Shown: positions 1 to 25,539 of the stretch, one piece after another
Layout of the letters: every line of letters starts with the position of its first letter
Position numbering within the stretch: position 1 is the stretch's first letter
Assembly: GCA_012295275.1 (NCBI GenBank)
Contig: CM022669.1
Coordinates: forward strand, 3,472,001 to 3,536,000
From: Chrysomallon squamiferum
Taxonomy: Eukaryota > Animalia > Mollusca
Direction: 5' to 3'
Length of the DNA stretch: 64,000 bases
Made by a program: the position numbers and the translations under genes
The notes under the pieces: model-generated
What the model was told of the DNA's origin: nothing
Seen by the model: only the letters and a program-made list of their open reading frames with translations
Database searches by the model: none

Positions 1-3000
1 TTAGAGCTAGGGTTACCTAAATTTTATTCGAGTTTAATGTTTATTTTAGAAATAATATGAACTTGGAAACTACAGGTGGCCTTAGAATAAGAATTAATGT
101 TCCGGACTTCTGTTGGATTACTTTTAGAACCTGAGCTAGGGTTACGGTTAGGGTTAGGGTTAGGGTTAGCCTTAAAGCTAGGGTTACCTAAATTTTATTC
201 GAGTTTAATGTTTATGTTACAAATAATATGATACTGGAGATTAGAAGTAGCGTTAGAATAAGAATTAATGTTCCGGACTTCTGTTGGATTACTTTTAGAA
301 GCTTAGAAGAAGGGTTACTGGAGAAATTTAGAGAATAAGAATTAATTCCGGACTAGTGTAGGATTAGTTTTAGAAGTAGCCTTAGAATAAGAATTTTTCC
401 TAGGTTGGATTAGGGTTAGGGTTAGGGTTAGGGTTAGGGTTAGGGTTAGCCTTAAAGCTAGGGTTACCTAAATTTTATTCGAGTTTAATGTTTATGTTAG
501 GAATAATATGACCCTGGAGACTACATGTGGCCTTAGAACAAGAATTAATGTTCGGGACATCTGTTGGATTACTTTTAGAACCTGAGCTAGGTTCAGGGTT
601 AGGGTTAGGATTAGCCTTAGAGCTAGGGTTACATAAATTTTGTTCGAGTTTGATGTTTCTGATAGAAATAATATGAGACTGGAGATTACAAGTACCCTTA
701 GAAAAAGAATTAATGTTCCTAGCTTTTGTTGGATTACTTTTAGGACCTCACCTAGGGTTAGGTTAGGGTTAGTGCTAGGGTTAGTGTTAGGGTTAGCCTT
801 AAAGCTAGGGTTACCTAAATTTTATTCGAGTTTAATGTTTATGTTACAAATAATATGAGCCTGGAGATTAGAAGTAGCGTTAGAATAAGAATTAATGTTC
901 TGGACTAGTGTAGGATTCGTTTTAGAAGCTTAGCTAGGGTTAGGGTTAGGGTTAGGGTTAGGGTTAGCGTTAGGGTTAGGTTTAGGGTTAAGCCTTAAAG
1001 CTAGGGTTACCTAAATTTTATTCGAGTTTAATGTTTATGTTAGAAATAATATGACCCTGGAGACTACATGTGGCCTTAGAATAAGAATTAATGTTCGGGA
1101 CATCTGTTGGATTACTTTTTTAGAACCTGAGCTAGGGTTAGGGTTAGGTTAGGTTAGGTTAGGGTTAGGGTTAGGGTTAGCCTTAAAGCTAGGGTTACCT
1201 AAATTTTATTCGAGTTTAATGTTTATGTTACAAATAATATGAGCCTGGAGATTAGAAGTAGCGTTAGAATAAGAATTAATGTTCCGGACTAGTGTGTTGG
1301 ATTTTTAGAACCTGAGCTAGGGTTAGGGTTAGGGTTAGGGTTAGGGTTAGGGTTAGGGTTAGCCTTAAAGCTAGGGTTACCTAAATTTTATTCGAGTTTA
1401 ATGTTTATGTTAGGAATAATATGACCCTGGAGACTACATGTGGCCTTAGAACAAGAATTAATGTTCCGGACTTCTGTTGGATTACTTTTAGAACCTGAGC
1501 TAGGGTTAGGGTTAGGGTTAGGTTAGGGTTAGGGTTAGCCTTAAAGCTAGGGTTACCTAAATTTTATTCGAGTTTAATGTTTATGTTAGAAATAATATGA
1601 GCCTGGAGATTACAAGTAGCCTTAGAATAAGAATTAATGTTCCGGACTTCTGTTGGATTACTTTTAGAACCTGAGCTAGGGTTAGGGTTAGGGTTAGGGT
1701 TAGGATTAGTCTTAAAGCTAGGGTTACCTAAATTTTATTCGAGTTTAATGCTTATGTTAGAAATAATATGACTCTGAATATTACAAGTAGTCTGAGAATA
1801 AGAATTAATGTTTCGGACTTTGTAGGATTAGTTTTAGAAGCTTAGCTAGGGTCAGGGTTATTGTTAGGGTTAGGGTTATCCTTAAACCTAAGGTTACCTA
1901 AATTTTATTATGAGTTTTGTGCTTTTGTTAGATATAATATGAAGTTTATGATTACAGGTAGCCTTAGTATAAGAATTAATGTTGCGGACTAGTGTAGGAT
2001 TAGTTTTAGAACCTGAGCTAGTGTTAGGGTTAGGGTTATCGTTAGCCATAAATCTAATGATATCTGAATTTTATTACTGGTTTTATGCTTATGTCAGAAG
2101 TAATAAGAGTGTGAAGATTACAAGTAGCCTTAAAATAAGAATTAATGTTGCGGACTAGTGTAAGGTTAGTTTTAGAAGCTTAGCTAGGGTTAGGGTTAGG
2201 GTTAGGGTTAGGGTTAAAGCTAGGATTCACTACATTTTGTTCGAGTTTGATGCTTATGTTAGAAATAATATGAACCTGATGATTACAAGTAGCCTTTGAG
2301 TAAGAATTAATGTTACGGACTTGTGTTGGGTTTGTTTTATAACCTGAGCTAGGGTTAGGTTTAGCCTTAACGCTAGGGTTACCTAAATTTTATTCGAGTT
2401 TAATGCTTATGTTATAAATAATATGAGACTGAAGATTACAAGTAGCGTTAGAATAAGAATTAATGTTTCGGACTTCTGTAGGATTAGTTTTAGAAGCTTA
2501 GCTAGGGTCAGGGTTATGGTTAGGGTTAGGGTTATCCTTAAACCTAAGGTTACCTAAATTTTATTCGAGTTTAATGCTTATGTTATAAATAATATGAGAC
2601 TGAAGATTACAAGTAGCGTTAGAATAAGAATTAATGTTTCGGACTTCTGTAGGATTAGTTTTAGAAGCTTAGCTAGGGTCAGGGTTATGGTTAGGGTTAG
2701 GGTTATCCTTAAACCTAAGGTTACCTAAATTTTATTCGAGTTTAATGCTTATGTTATAAATAATATGAGACTGAAGATTACAAGTAGCCTTAAGAGAATA
2801 ATTAATGTTGCGCACTTGTATTGGATTTGTTTCAGACCCTGAGCTAGGGTTAGTGTTAGAGTTAGCCGTACAGGTAGTGTTACCTAAATTTTGTTGCGAG
2901 TGTTAGTGTTATGTAATTAATAATATGATTGTGAAGATTACAAGTGGCATTAGAATAAGAATTAATGTTGCGGACTAGTGTAGGATTCGTTTTAGAAGCT

Positions 3001-3600
3001 CAGCTAGGGTTAGGGTTAGGGTTAGGTTTACATCTAGGGTTACCGAAATTTTATTGTGAGTGTTATGCTTATTTGAGAAATAATATGAGTTATAATTACA
3101 AGTACCCTTAGTACAATAATTAATGTTGCGGACTTGTGTTTGATTTGTTTTAGAACCTGAGCTAGGGTTAGGGTTAGCCATAAAGCTAGGGTTATCACAA
3201 TTTTATTACGAGTTTTATGCTTTTGTCAGAAAAATGTAAGTGTGAAGATTACAAGTAGTCTTGGAATAAGAATTAATGTTGCGGACGTGTTGGAATTTGT
3301 TTTAGAACCTGAGCTAGGGTTACGGTAACGGTTAGAGTTAGGGTTAGGGTTAGCGTTAGTCTTAAAACTAGGGTTACCGGAATTTTATTACGAATTTTAT
3401 TCTTATGTCAGAAATAATATGAATGTGAAGATTACAAGTAGCCTTTATATAAGAATCAATTTTGCTGACTTGTGTTGGATTTGTTTTAGAACCTGAGGTA
3501 GGGTTAGGGTTAGGGTTAGGGTTTACTAAATTTTATTACGAGTTTTATGCTTATGTTAGAAATAATATAAGTGTGAAGATTATAATTAGCTTTAATATAA
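1..3600 (+). repeat. Tandem satellite, ~21 monomers of ~150-195 bp, each containing a variable (TTAGGG)n tract (telomere-like/interstitial satellite)
   Basis: The anchor GGGTTACCTAAATTTTATTCGAG (or a variant) recurs; the position of its CCTAAA is 16, 187, 467, 632, 814, 1010, 1198, 1380, 1556, 1727, 1897, ~2063, ~2229, 2382, 2553, 2724, 2883, 3043, ~3195, 3377, ~3525. TTAGGG runs of ~1-7 units lie between anchors. The array runs off the left edge of the window. Confidence 0.95.
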
Positions 3601-6072
3601 GAATTTTATTATTTGTTTCATGTAATGATATACTGGAAATCCATAGAAACTATTTTATTTTTATATGCATATTTTGGAAATTTAGCTTTATTTGTCATTT
3701 TTACAAAATTCGACAAAATCAAAAGCCGGAAATTGATTTTAATGAAGTGAATTTCTGGTTGTTTTAAGTTATTTATTTATACAAGTATGAAATACGACGA
3801 CGGCAAGGCCGTACATAGAACGACTAATAATTCAAACATAAGATTAAATCAATAGAATTAATCTAGGTGTGTGAATTTCAAAAAATTAATTCAGTTGGAC
3901 ACCATGTTGTTTTTGTTTTTTTCTTTAACTGCAACAGTTTTAGCTGATGATATACTTCAAGTTGGAATACGTCTGCTTTATTTTAGAAGTTGCTTTGTTT
4001 TTGTTTATTAACAATTAACTGTCAATCTTTCCGTTAAGATAGTGCATTAAATAATCTAGGTAGTGTTTCGCTCCGATATTAATCATTATTAATTATTAAA
4101 TTTCTTTAGTCGATATTATTTTCACTACATTCAATTATATTGCTGTATCATCTTTGTTTCCGTTGTAATTGTCGTTGTCAGTGGGCTTTAGTCGTTATGC
4201 ATTTGCATGATGTATGTATTTTTTTACAACTTTTACCAGTAATATTACTTATATTACGATGACGTGTTATATAGTCGTTAAATAAAAATATAAATTATTG
4301 CAACAGATGGTTTTTTATAATGGACAATAAAAAATATCGGTATAACTTTATACTGTCATAAATATTTGAACGTGTTTTCTGTTTCAGTAATATAATCGAT
4401 GCAAGGTAATAAGTAGGAGAACAAAAGAAAAGTTTAAAAAGATTCGTCATAAAATACGTCATTGTATATAAGACTGATTTTGTAATGACATAAATCGATG
4501 TAATTATAACGTGAATTGTACTTCAGTGTTTTTGTGTTAATCCTTTCACAGAAATGTGTATATTTACATTATTAGGTACGTGATATACACAGTGTACATT
4601 TAGTTTATTTTCACTCTTTTCTTCACTTTCATTAAACAAAGGGACATCGTATGGAGATCGTCGCAGTTACCCATCATGCACTGTCGAAACCATCGCTCAT
4701 TCCACAGCTCCTTGTCCACAGGGTCCACTTTATACGCAGAAGTTAAACCTTTAATGCGCACATGTGGTGGATGAACAACTATGTAACTTTGATTAGTTAT
4801 CAATCTTTGCTAAAAATAAAGTAATACAAATCATTAACTAGCCATTTGTGACGATTGCTAGCCTACCCATAATCCGTGTCTTGATTTCGTTCAAAGAAAT
4901 TTAAAAATGTTCTTGACAGACTGATATATATATACACATAAATTATTTACTAGTTAATTATGAATGCAAAATAAGTAAAATTAGAAACGTTTAGATATGG
5001 TTTCTATTATGTTATTTATTTTTTTTTTTTTTTTTTTTTGTTTATAATAGTTACCAACAAGTATTTGAATGTTTTTGTGTATATATAAGTGTTATTAAAA
5101 ATAATAATTAAAATATATGTTTTGTGTGTGTATGTATGTGTGTGTGTGTGTGTGTTTATTTAGCACACAAATTCATACATACAAGCACAAAGACCCACAA
5201 GATCACGTACATATATTCCTATGTAGATGCATATTTGTATGAAAACATACATACATACATTACATATCTGTGCGTGTGTATGTGTGTGTATATATTTATG
5301 CATGTCTGTCTGTATGTATATATGTATGTATGTTTGTATATCTGTCTGTCTGTATGTGTGTGTGTATTTATGTATGTAAGTATGTGTGTATATATATATA
5401 TATTTTATGTATGTAGGTGTGCGTATATATATGTGTGTGTGAGTGTTTGTGTCTGTCTGTAAATCGGTATTTAAAATGAAGGTAGTAAAAATCAACAAAA
5501 GTATACATGATAAAAAGACAACCAACCAACCAACCAAACAAACGAACAAACGAACAAAACAAATAAATAAATAACAAACGAACAAACAACACCACAGAGA
5601 GCATTAGTCAGTTTTATAATAACAATAACATAATATTAATAATATATAAACATTTTACAGAAATGTTTCTTTAGATTTCGGTCACGCCTCATCGAATCAC
5701 TGTCCTCAAATATAAATCCTTTTTTCCAGAAAGGTACAGTTATTGGACCATATGACATACATATTCCTGTTTTGTAAAAAAAAATAAAAAAAATAAAAAT
5801 AAGATAAAATCTTTTAATCTTTTTCTTTTCCTCTCCAGGGACAGGATCAAAAAGTAAATGATTATCCCCTTTCTGCTGCTAGCACAAAAGTAAAGACCTA
5901 GGTTTGGTCCTGACAAATATGGTCGAATATTTCCCTGATACATACTATTATTAGGAAAACATGTGATAGGTCAATGATGTCACAGCCCGGGAACGAACCA
6001 AACTGAACAATTCTTTAGAGTCTTTGACAAATTCATATCTTCCAACAAACACTTGAACCAGAGACGGGAGGG

Positions 6073-6284
<212 letters not shown>

Positions 6285-6541
6285 ATTGTGGTAATGTTTG
6301 AACTATGTTATTAAGGCACAATGATATGTTTAAGTATACTTTTACTCTATCAAACAAGCGTTAGAAACATGGTTATAGTTGGATATAAAAAGTTGGATCG
6401 CAAATTAATGTGTTTTACACATTTTCATAACGAAGATATATAAGGTAAGAGTTGAAATTTGAACGATATCCTATTGTTTTCCAGTCGATTTATCCCACTC
6501 AGTCTGGATTTCTATTTGTTTATTAAAATAAAATAGTCAAA

Positions 6542-6625
<84 letters not shown>

Positions 6626-7196
6626 CAGCAGTAATAGTAGCAGCAGCAGTAGTAGTAAAAATTACGTAACCACTTCTTAAAATTTAGGACTTAATCTTTT
6701 AAAATGTTTTAATTCGATCAAGACTGACTGAATTTCATATAAACTCAATGATTTTAATCGTTTTGCTTACACAGTTGTTTTGACTGTTTTAATTAAATAT
6801 ATTAACATATTTTGTTTTTTATACCACAATGTTCTTCAAATTGTTTTGATACAACACAAATGATTTGAAATTAATTTGTATACACAAAATTACTGAAAAC
6901 GCACGCATGTTATTTAAATTAATTACAGCAGCACATTAATTAAATGAATGACTGAAAACTCACGCACATTAGTTAGGTTAATGATTTAAAAAGTATATAC
7001 ATTAATTACATTTTCCGTACACAAATAAACGAATTTTAGGTGAATATACGAACACAATTCTCACGTCACAATTAAAGAGATATTTTTTATGGCATACATC
7101 TATGACCGAGTTTTCGTATCACATTTGCATGAACAGTTTTGAAATAATTGTGATAAATTAGTGAAATGCAATTAAGTCAGTTAAGAGGCTTTCCTG

Positions 7197-18879
<11,683 letters not shown>

Positions 18880-21267
18880 GATTCGGTGATGGGGAAAAAA
18901 AGAGAAGAAGAAGAAGGTAATAATAAAAATCAGTGAATAATATAATTTGATGGTGAAAAAGAAGAAACAAGAATCAAGTCAGTGAGAATGTCTGACATGC
19001 ACTGCGCGCTGCACCTCTTTGTTTTGTTATTCTAGATAACGATTTGTTTTGTCTGCCAGTGGCAGTCGCAATCAGATTGTTGTGAAAGATTATCCGATGT
19101 GACAAAGATATCATCTTAATTTGCGTCACTTAGCGTCTGCCTTCCTCTCACTAAACAGCACACTTCTTTCATATTTTTCTTTTTTATATTTTGTTCTTCT
19201 TTTTTCGTTACGGTTAGGTCTATCTCATGATACTGGATGACGTGTAGCATTGTTCTCCGAAATTACTTTCTGCGCCCGACGGGTTACGTCTTAAACGTTT
19301 TCAATGTGCCGTAGAATTCTTGCCTTTTGCCGCGACTTCTGAGTCAACAAAAGCGAAAATCAATATGGTCCTAGCAATAGTCTCCAAATTGAGAAATGTT
19401 CTGTAGAACTAATTGGTCAATATGACAGTAAAATAACAATATATTTTGTATCTTATTAATCTATAAATATTCGTATATTATTGATTACACGTTTCTGCTT
19501 TTTTTTTTTTTTTTTTTTTGTTGTCTTTTGTCTTCTTATCTTTTGTGTGAGTTTCCTGCTCTTGAAGATTTTTGAAATAATCAAAGTGAATTAACAATGT
19601 ATTTTCTTCTTTATTATTCAGTATTAATTCGTATTGTACTTTTGATTGCACATTGTTATTTTTTTTCTTTATCTTTTCTTTTCTTTCTGGTCCTCCTGCT
19701 GTAGATTAACCTGAAGATTTTTCAAATAATCAAATATTAAAAAAAAATCTCGGTTGTAGAACATAAAAAAACATTTCCTATTTGCAATGGCAATATGCTG
19801 AATGTTTGAAGTTCTGATTTAATTTGAGAAGAAAACAAACAAATGAAACTGTTGTTGTGTTCGTGTTCAGGTTATTTATCCAAATGAAAGTAAATTCTTT
19901 TCAGCAAATACGAACGCTTCTTGACGTGGCAGTCTCCTTTTGAAGGTTGACGTGTAGCACCAGTTTCCCTGAACTTCAGATCATACAAACATTCGTGGTC
20001 TGTAAACTATTGAAACAACGCTTTTTTCACATATTCTTCCTTCAAACGTACCAACGAATCAGTTTAAACACTGTCGTATTAAAACTTGACACTTTCTATT
20101 CAAAACAGCACAATAAAAACAAAACTTTGTCTTGAATTGTTTTTTTTTTATCACATTTGTTTTCTTCCTTCTATCTTAATATGGAAGAACCAAGAATAAC
20201 ATTGTTACGTTAAAACCTGATCACATCAGCTTAGTGAAAACAAAGCTTTTCTTCAACAAAGTATTGACAGGATCCTCGCTTCAAACCTATCTCACTGAAC
20301 AGCAAATCCTTTTAGATCTAGCACAAGTAAAAGAAATGTTTTATGAAATCTCATTTCCTAGTTCAATTCCTAAAGATAACTGCTTTTTTCTTGAAAGAAA
20401 TAAAACGTATCAAAACGACTTGATGTTAACCAGTCGATCCTTTTTCTGCATCCAGAACACATAAGTAAATGCTTCATGAAATCTTATTTCTTAATTTAGC
20501 ACCAATAGATAACTGGGTTTTTTCGTGATTTTTTTTTTTTTTTTTTTGTTTGTTTGTTTGTTTGTTTGTTTTGAACAAATAAAAGCTTTCAAAACGACGC
20601 GATACTAACCAGTCGGAAAGCAGAGGTCAGTATGAATCATAACAGTTCACAGAGAAACAGAACTGGCCTTTGTTTGATAAGAGGTAAAAAAAAAAAAAAA
20701 AAAAAAAGAAAGAAATGATCAGTGCTGTGCAGGTTGTGGTGAAAACACCTGAAGGGTGTGTTCGTCTGACTTAACGTTCGTCTGATCTCCTGTCGCTGTC
20801 CTTAACCCAGATATGAAGTTTGTCGAGTATTCGTTTGAAATTCTTTACTCGGTTTTAACAAAATCAACACACCGTGGCGAGAATACAGCTTTGGCACGGG
20901 CAAAAGAACTTCAACATACAGACACGAAATTGAAGCTTTAACCCCTGTTTCCGTTTTCATTACATCTGTTTTGTTATAAACCTCAGAGACACACAGTCGT
21001 GGTTGAAGCGAGTAACTGTATGTTGTAAAAGCTGTTCTGTGAAGAAAGTGAGTTGAAAAGAAAGTCGTTATCAAAGCACGATACAATTACATGCATGTAT
21101 TATACATGTTCGTGTTAACTTGTATCTGTATGAGAATGCATTATAAACGTCATTTGTTATTCAAAATACCTTTTTCTTTCTCATACAGATAGTTCATATA
21201 CTGCTGGATAAAATACATGACTATTTATACTAAAGAAACAACATGTATGTATGTATGTATGTATGTA

Positions 21268-21342
<75 letters not shown>

Positions 21343-21450
21343 TTTTTTTAATGTCATTTCTTCATGAGATTACATTATAAATGTCAAAATTCATGAATAT
21401 CTATGACAAAGAAAGGTGATTAAAAAGTAGGTATGCAGATAAAATTCACT

Positions 21451-21536
<86 letters not shown>

Positions 21537-22737
21537 AGATAGATAGACTGTTAATAAAAAAAATATGTCTATTCTGGCAATCACAAAGACACAAACAAAA
21601 CACCAAAATACCACTTAAACTGAGTTAACATTAAAAAAATAATAATTAAAAAATAATAATTAATAATAATAAAAATATCATTGTCAGATAAAATTAATCA
21701 TACTGAAACCCAGTATTTCACACAATAGCACTAAAATAAAACTATAATCCGAGTATGTTCCAGCGTTTGTCGGAGTATTGTTTAAATACAGCGTCATATG
21801 TTTAAAATTTGTCACGAAACTACTCGAGCCAAACCAGTGTTTGTCGTATGTCCCAGCACGCTAACACAAGACAAACGGAGCTGTAAAATAACCTACCTTT
21901 CTGGACCCGATTTCACGTTTTTCACGCAGTCACACACACAAAAAAAGTATTTCTTTTAGCAGTGTTTTGTTCTACGTCATCTTCTGTCCCAGAGAGCCAG
22001 CAGATTAACCGTATCCATATTAGCCAGATGTGCCTTTAAAAAAAAAAAAAAAATTAAAAAATAGAAGAAGAAGGAGAAAGAGAGAAAAAATCAAGTTCTG
22101 CCGTAGAGCTTTTAAGAACAAATGACAGTGATCGTGTGTGCGAATCGATCGAAGCTCCGAACACCTTCGCTGTGGCGAAGCAAGGGACTTCTTCAGGACA
22201 AATTAAACAATCGAAGAAACTGCAGTAATGTGACAAAGCCCTACGATATTCCTTACAGACGTCTCCGAACGTTTCGTGTTCCACGACTGTTCCGCTATCT
22301 TGACATAAACAAGTATCTGACTACACGAAGCAGATAATTTTCTTCATAGAAACAAGTGTCACAAGACACAATATGATTCAGCCAACGCAGAGTGAGTGTA
22401 CCAAACGCTTCCCTTTATCGTTCAAACTGAGAGATCAAATTGTGGGATAGGTTAACACAAGAACTGAAAGAAAAGAACATGTTATTTATTTGTGGCTTAG
22501 TTGTTGTTTTTTTGAAGCTGAGTATGACTACGTTGTGGACGCCAAAGTTCTTAGCACATTTTCACGCCAGTGTTTGGCCAGAGTCTTAGTGTAACTGTTT
22601 TCATTAGAGTTCCGTGGAAATGATCGATTATAATCGTTGATTATTTATTTCAGGGAATTGTGTTGCCTGCTCGATGGAGAAAAACTCACAATCTTCAAAG
22701 CGGACCTGATTTCTTATTCTGTTTTATATGTCTCTAT

Positions 22738-22768
<31 letters not shown>

Positions 22769-23068
22769 TTTTTTAATCTTTATTATTATTTTTATTTTTA
22801 TTTTTTTTTATAACTGAAAACAAAATAATTATTTTTGTCATATAAAAAAATCTCGTAATATCATGTTTATAAAATGTCTGATTAAAACTCACACATAAAC
22901 TTCAAAAACCTGTTTACATTAATTCAGTCCGCCCTCAGTCGACACGTTAATCAATACATCATATTCATCGATGCAGTCACAGATTCGCACGAATTAGCCA
23001 TAATGAAATATACATAGCATAAATGAAGCATTTGTAATCCTAAACTGTAATTGTGTATCTCCTTTTAA

Positions 23069-23122
<54 letters not shown>

Positions 23123-23535
23123 TAATGATTTGTTTCTACACTGAACGCTGAACTATGTCATTCTAGAACCTGTATTTGACAGCAGCCCACTGAAATCATT
23201 GCCAGATATTGAATCTTTAATCTATTTTCGTTCTACCAGTGGGGCACGACTGATCAATACGATTTGACGTGTATATACAACAACTGATGGCTGTTGATAA
23301 ACGCAAAGATTTGACGGGATGAAAATACGCGGTGATGCCAATAATGTTTTTCTTTGTCCTCCTCTCTCTCAGTTCTTGTCTGATTATCTCTCTTAATTTG
23401 TTGTTATTTTCACTTTAACCATTGTTGTTGTTATTACTGCTTTTAACACGTAGTAGTAGTAATTGATTATAATTGTAGACTTTGTAGTAGTAGTAGTAGT
23501 AGTAGTAGTAAACAGTAGCAGTAGTAGTAATAATA

Positions 23536-23578
<43 letters not shown>

Positions 23579-24530
23579 GTAATAGTAATAGCAGCAGTGA
23601 TAGTGGTAGTACAATTAATATTAATAGTAATAGCAGAAGTAGTAGTAGTAGTAACAGTAACAAACAGTAGTAGTAACAGTAGTAGAAGTAACAATACTAG
23701 TAATATATGTCCAAGTAGCAGATGATGTGTTAGTATTAATAGTCGTAGTAGTAGTAGTAGTTCTATGTTTTTGTTAATGATTAATTAGCTTATTTATTTA
23801 TTTAATTTCGTTATGTATTTTATTCTAACAAGCAAAAGGATGAAAAAAAAAAAATGTTCAACATATAAATAACTGTTTTTGATACAATTTATGCGATTTA
23901 CTTTTTTTTTTTCTTTAGCTTCGTACAACCCAGTGGTTATCGATTTGCCAGAAGAAAGCCTATAAACTCGAAAAATCCTCCATTTTCATCTTCACAATGT
24001 CAGATAATTCAATCTTCAGTGAATAAATGTTATAACTTCCCCCTGCGTTCTGCACGATACGGCACTTACAGAGATAAATATAGTTAACATGTCATATCGC
24101 CAGTTTCGATGCCTAGCAAACAAAACGTCTGAAGAACAAAAAGCTAGAACAAATCTACGAGTTTACGTAGTACCATGATTTATCAATATATTTGTCATTT
24201 TCATTTGTACATCAAACGTTTAAGTGGCATTAGACCTTAAGTGCAAATTTCCTGTGAAAATGTAAACGAATACTGTAAATATATATATATATTACAATAC
24301 TTCTAAGTGTATATATTATATTTTATTTAGTATGGTGTTCAGTCTGTATTGAAAACAGAATGACTGGTATAAAAGAGTATAGGAATAGAGAACTAATGAC
24401 GTAATAATAAAAAGTAAGAAGAAACTAAACTAAAAAGAAACATACTACAAACAACTTGACTGCAAAAGGTCCTGTTGCTGCTACTAATATAATTATTGTT
24501 TCTGCTATTACTACTATTTTTGTAACTACA

Positions 24531-24581
<51 letters not shown>

Positions 24582-25539
24582 GTTGTTGTTACAGAACAAA
24601 ACGACCGATATATTGCAGTATAAAAGTCTACCTTCTAACTGAATGCCAGTTCACTGCTAAAAGGCCATACGAAAACAAAAAACTTCAGTTATCCGAAAAT
24701 CACAACTTAGTGACAAGTCAGCACAATTACAAACCACGGTGCAATAGTGCAGATATAGGCTTAAAGTGAGAAACAATCTTTTATTTCAGTTTTTTTTATC
24801 TCCGCCTGTAACATTATACTCAGCTTCTGTCAAACTGTGTCTAGTATAGATTTGAAGTGGTGAACAGAAAGAGGCTAAATAAATATATTATGTACTGACG
24901 TTAAATTTATTATTATGAAATAACATCATCATAAATAGAAACGGTAAGCTTCCGCATATTGTCTAAGATTTGTTATTCACTTGTCCAACTTTGTTATTAT
25001 TAAAGATCAGAAACGAGAGCGAAATACAACAAATACTTTAGAAATTTACAAAATATTTAACATGCCAATTTTGTTAAAAGATCTGTGTTACTGATAATTT
25101 AAATTAGTCGATATAAGTATAAATGGCAAATATAATTAAAAACTATGTTAAAACTACCGTCCCGTCTAAATACATGTAATTTCAAGCTAGTTTAAGTGAT
25201 GGAAATAATGCATACATCTTTAAATATTGCATCACCCAATACAACTTGAACCGTTTTATTTAAACTTTCTCGACGATAAACATCATTAATATTTATTTAT
25301 TTATTTATTTATTTATTTATTTGTTCGTTTGTTTGTTTGTTTGTTTATTTTATTAATATTCGAAAAAAAAAAGTACATGTATTTATTGATAGTTTTAATG
25401 TTGTTTCTAATTATAATGATTCATCTTAGTGACCTATTTAAATAAATAAAATAAAACTTTAAAAAAAGAGAGAAATAGCTGTCGATGGAATAAGGGTTTC
25501 TTTATAAGTCAGAGATCTCAGTTTTACATCTACGTGGGC

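Noticed and set aside
1-3600. True telomere; ORFs 640-858, 2975-3181 and 3462-3767
   Set aside because: TTAGGG is on the wrong strand for a left end and is interspersed in a satellite unit. The ORFs (LGLG, TLTL) are translations of the repeat.
5975-6060. tRNA/SINE-like A and B boxes on - strand (TGGTTCAAGTG ... GGTTCGTTCCC)
   Set aside because: I could not fold a cloverleaf, the boxes are imperfect, and no TSD or second copy was found.
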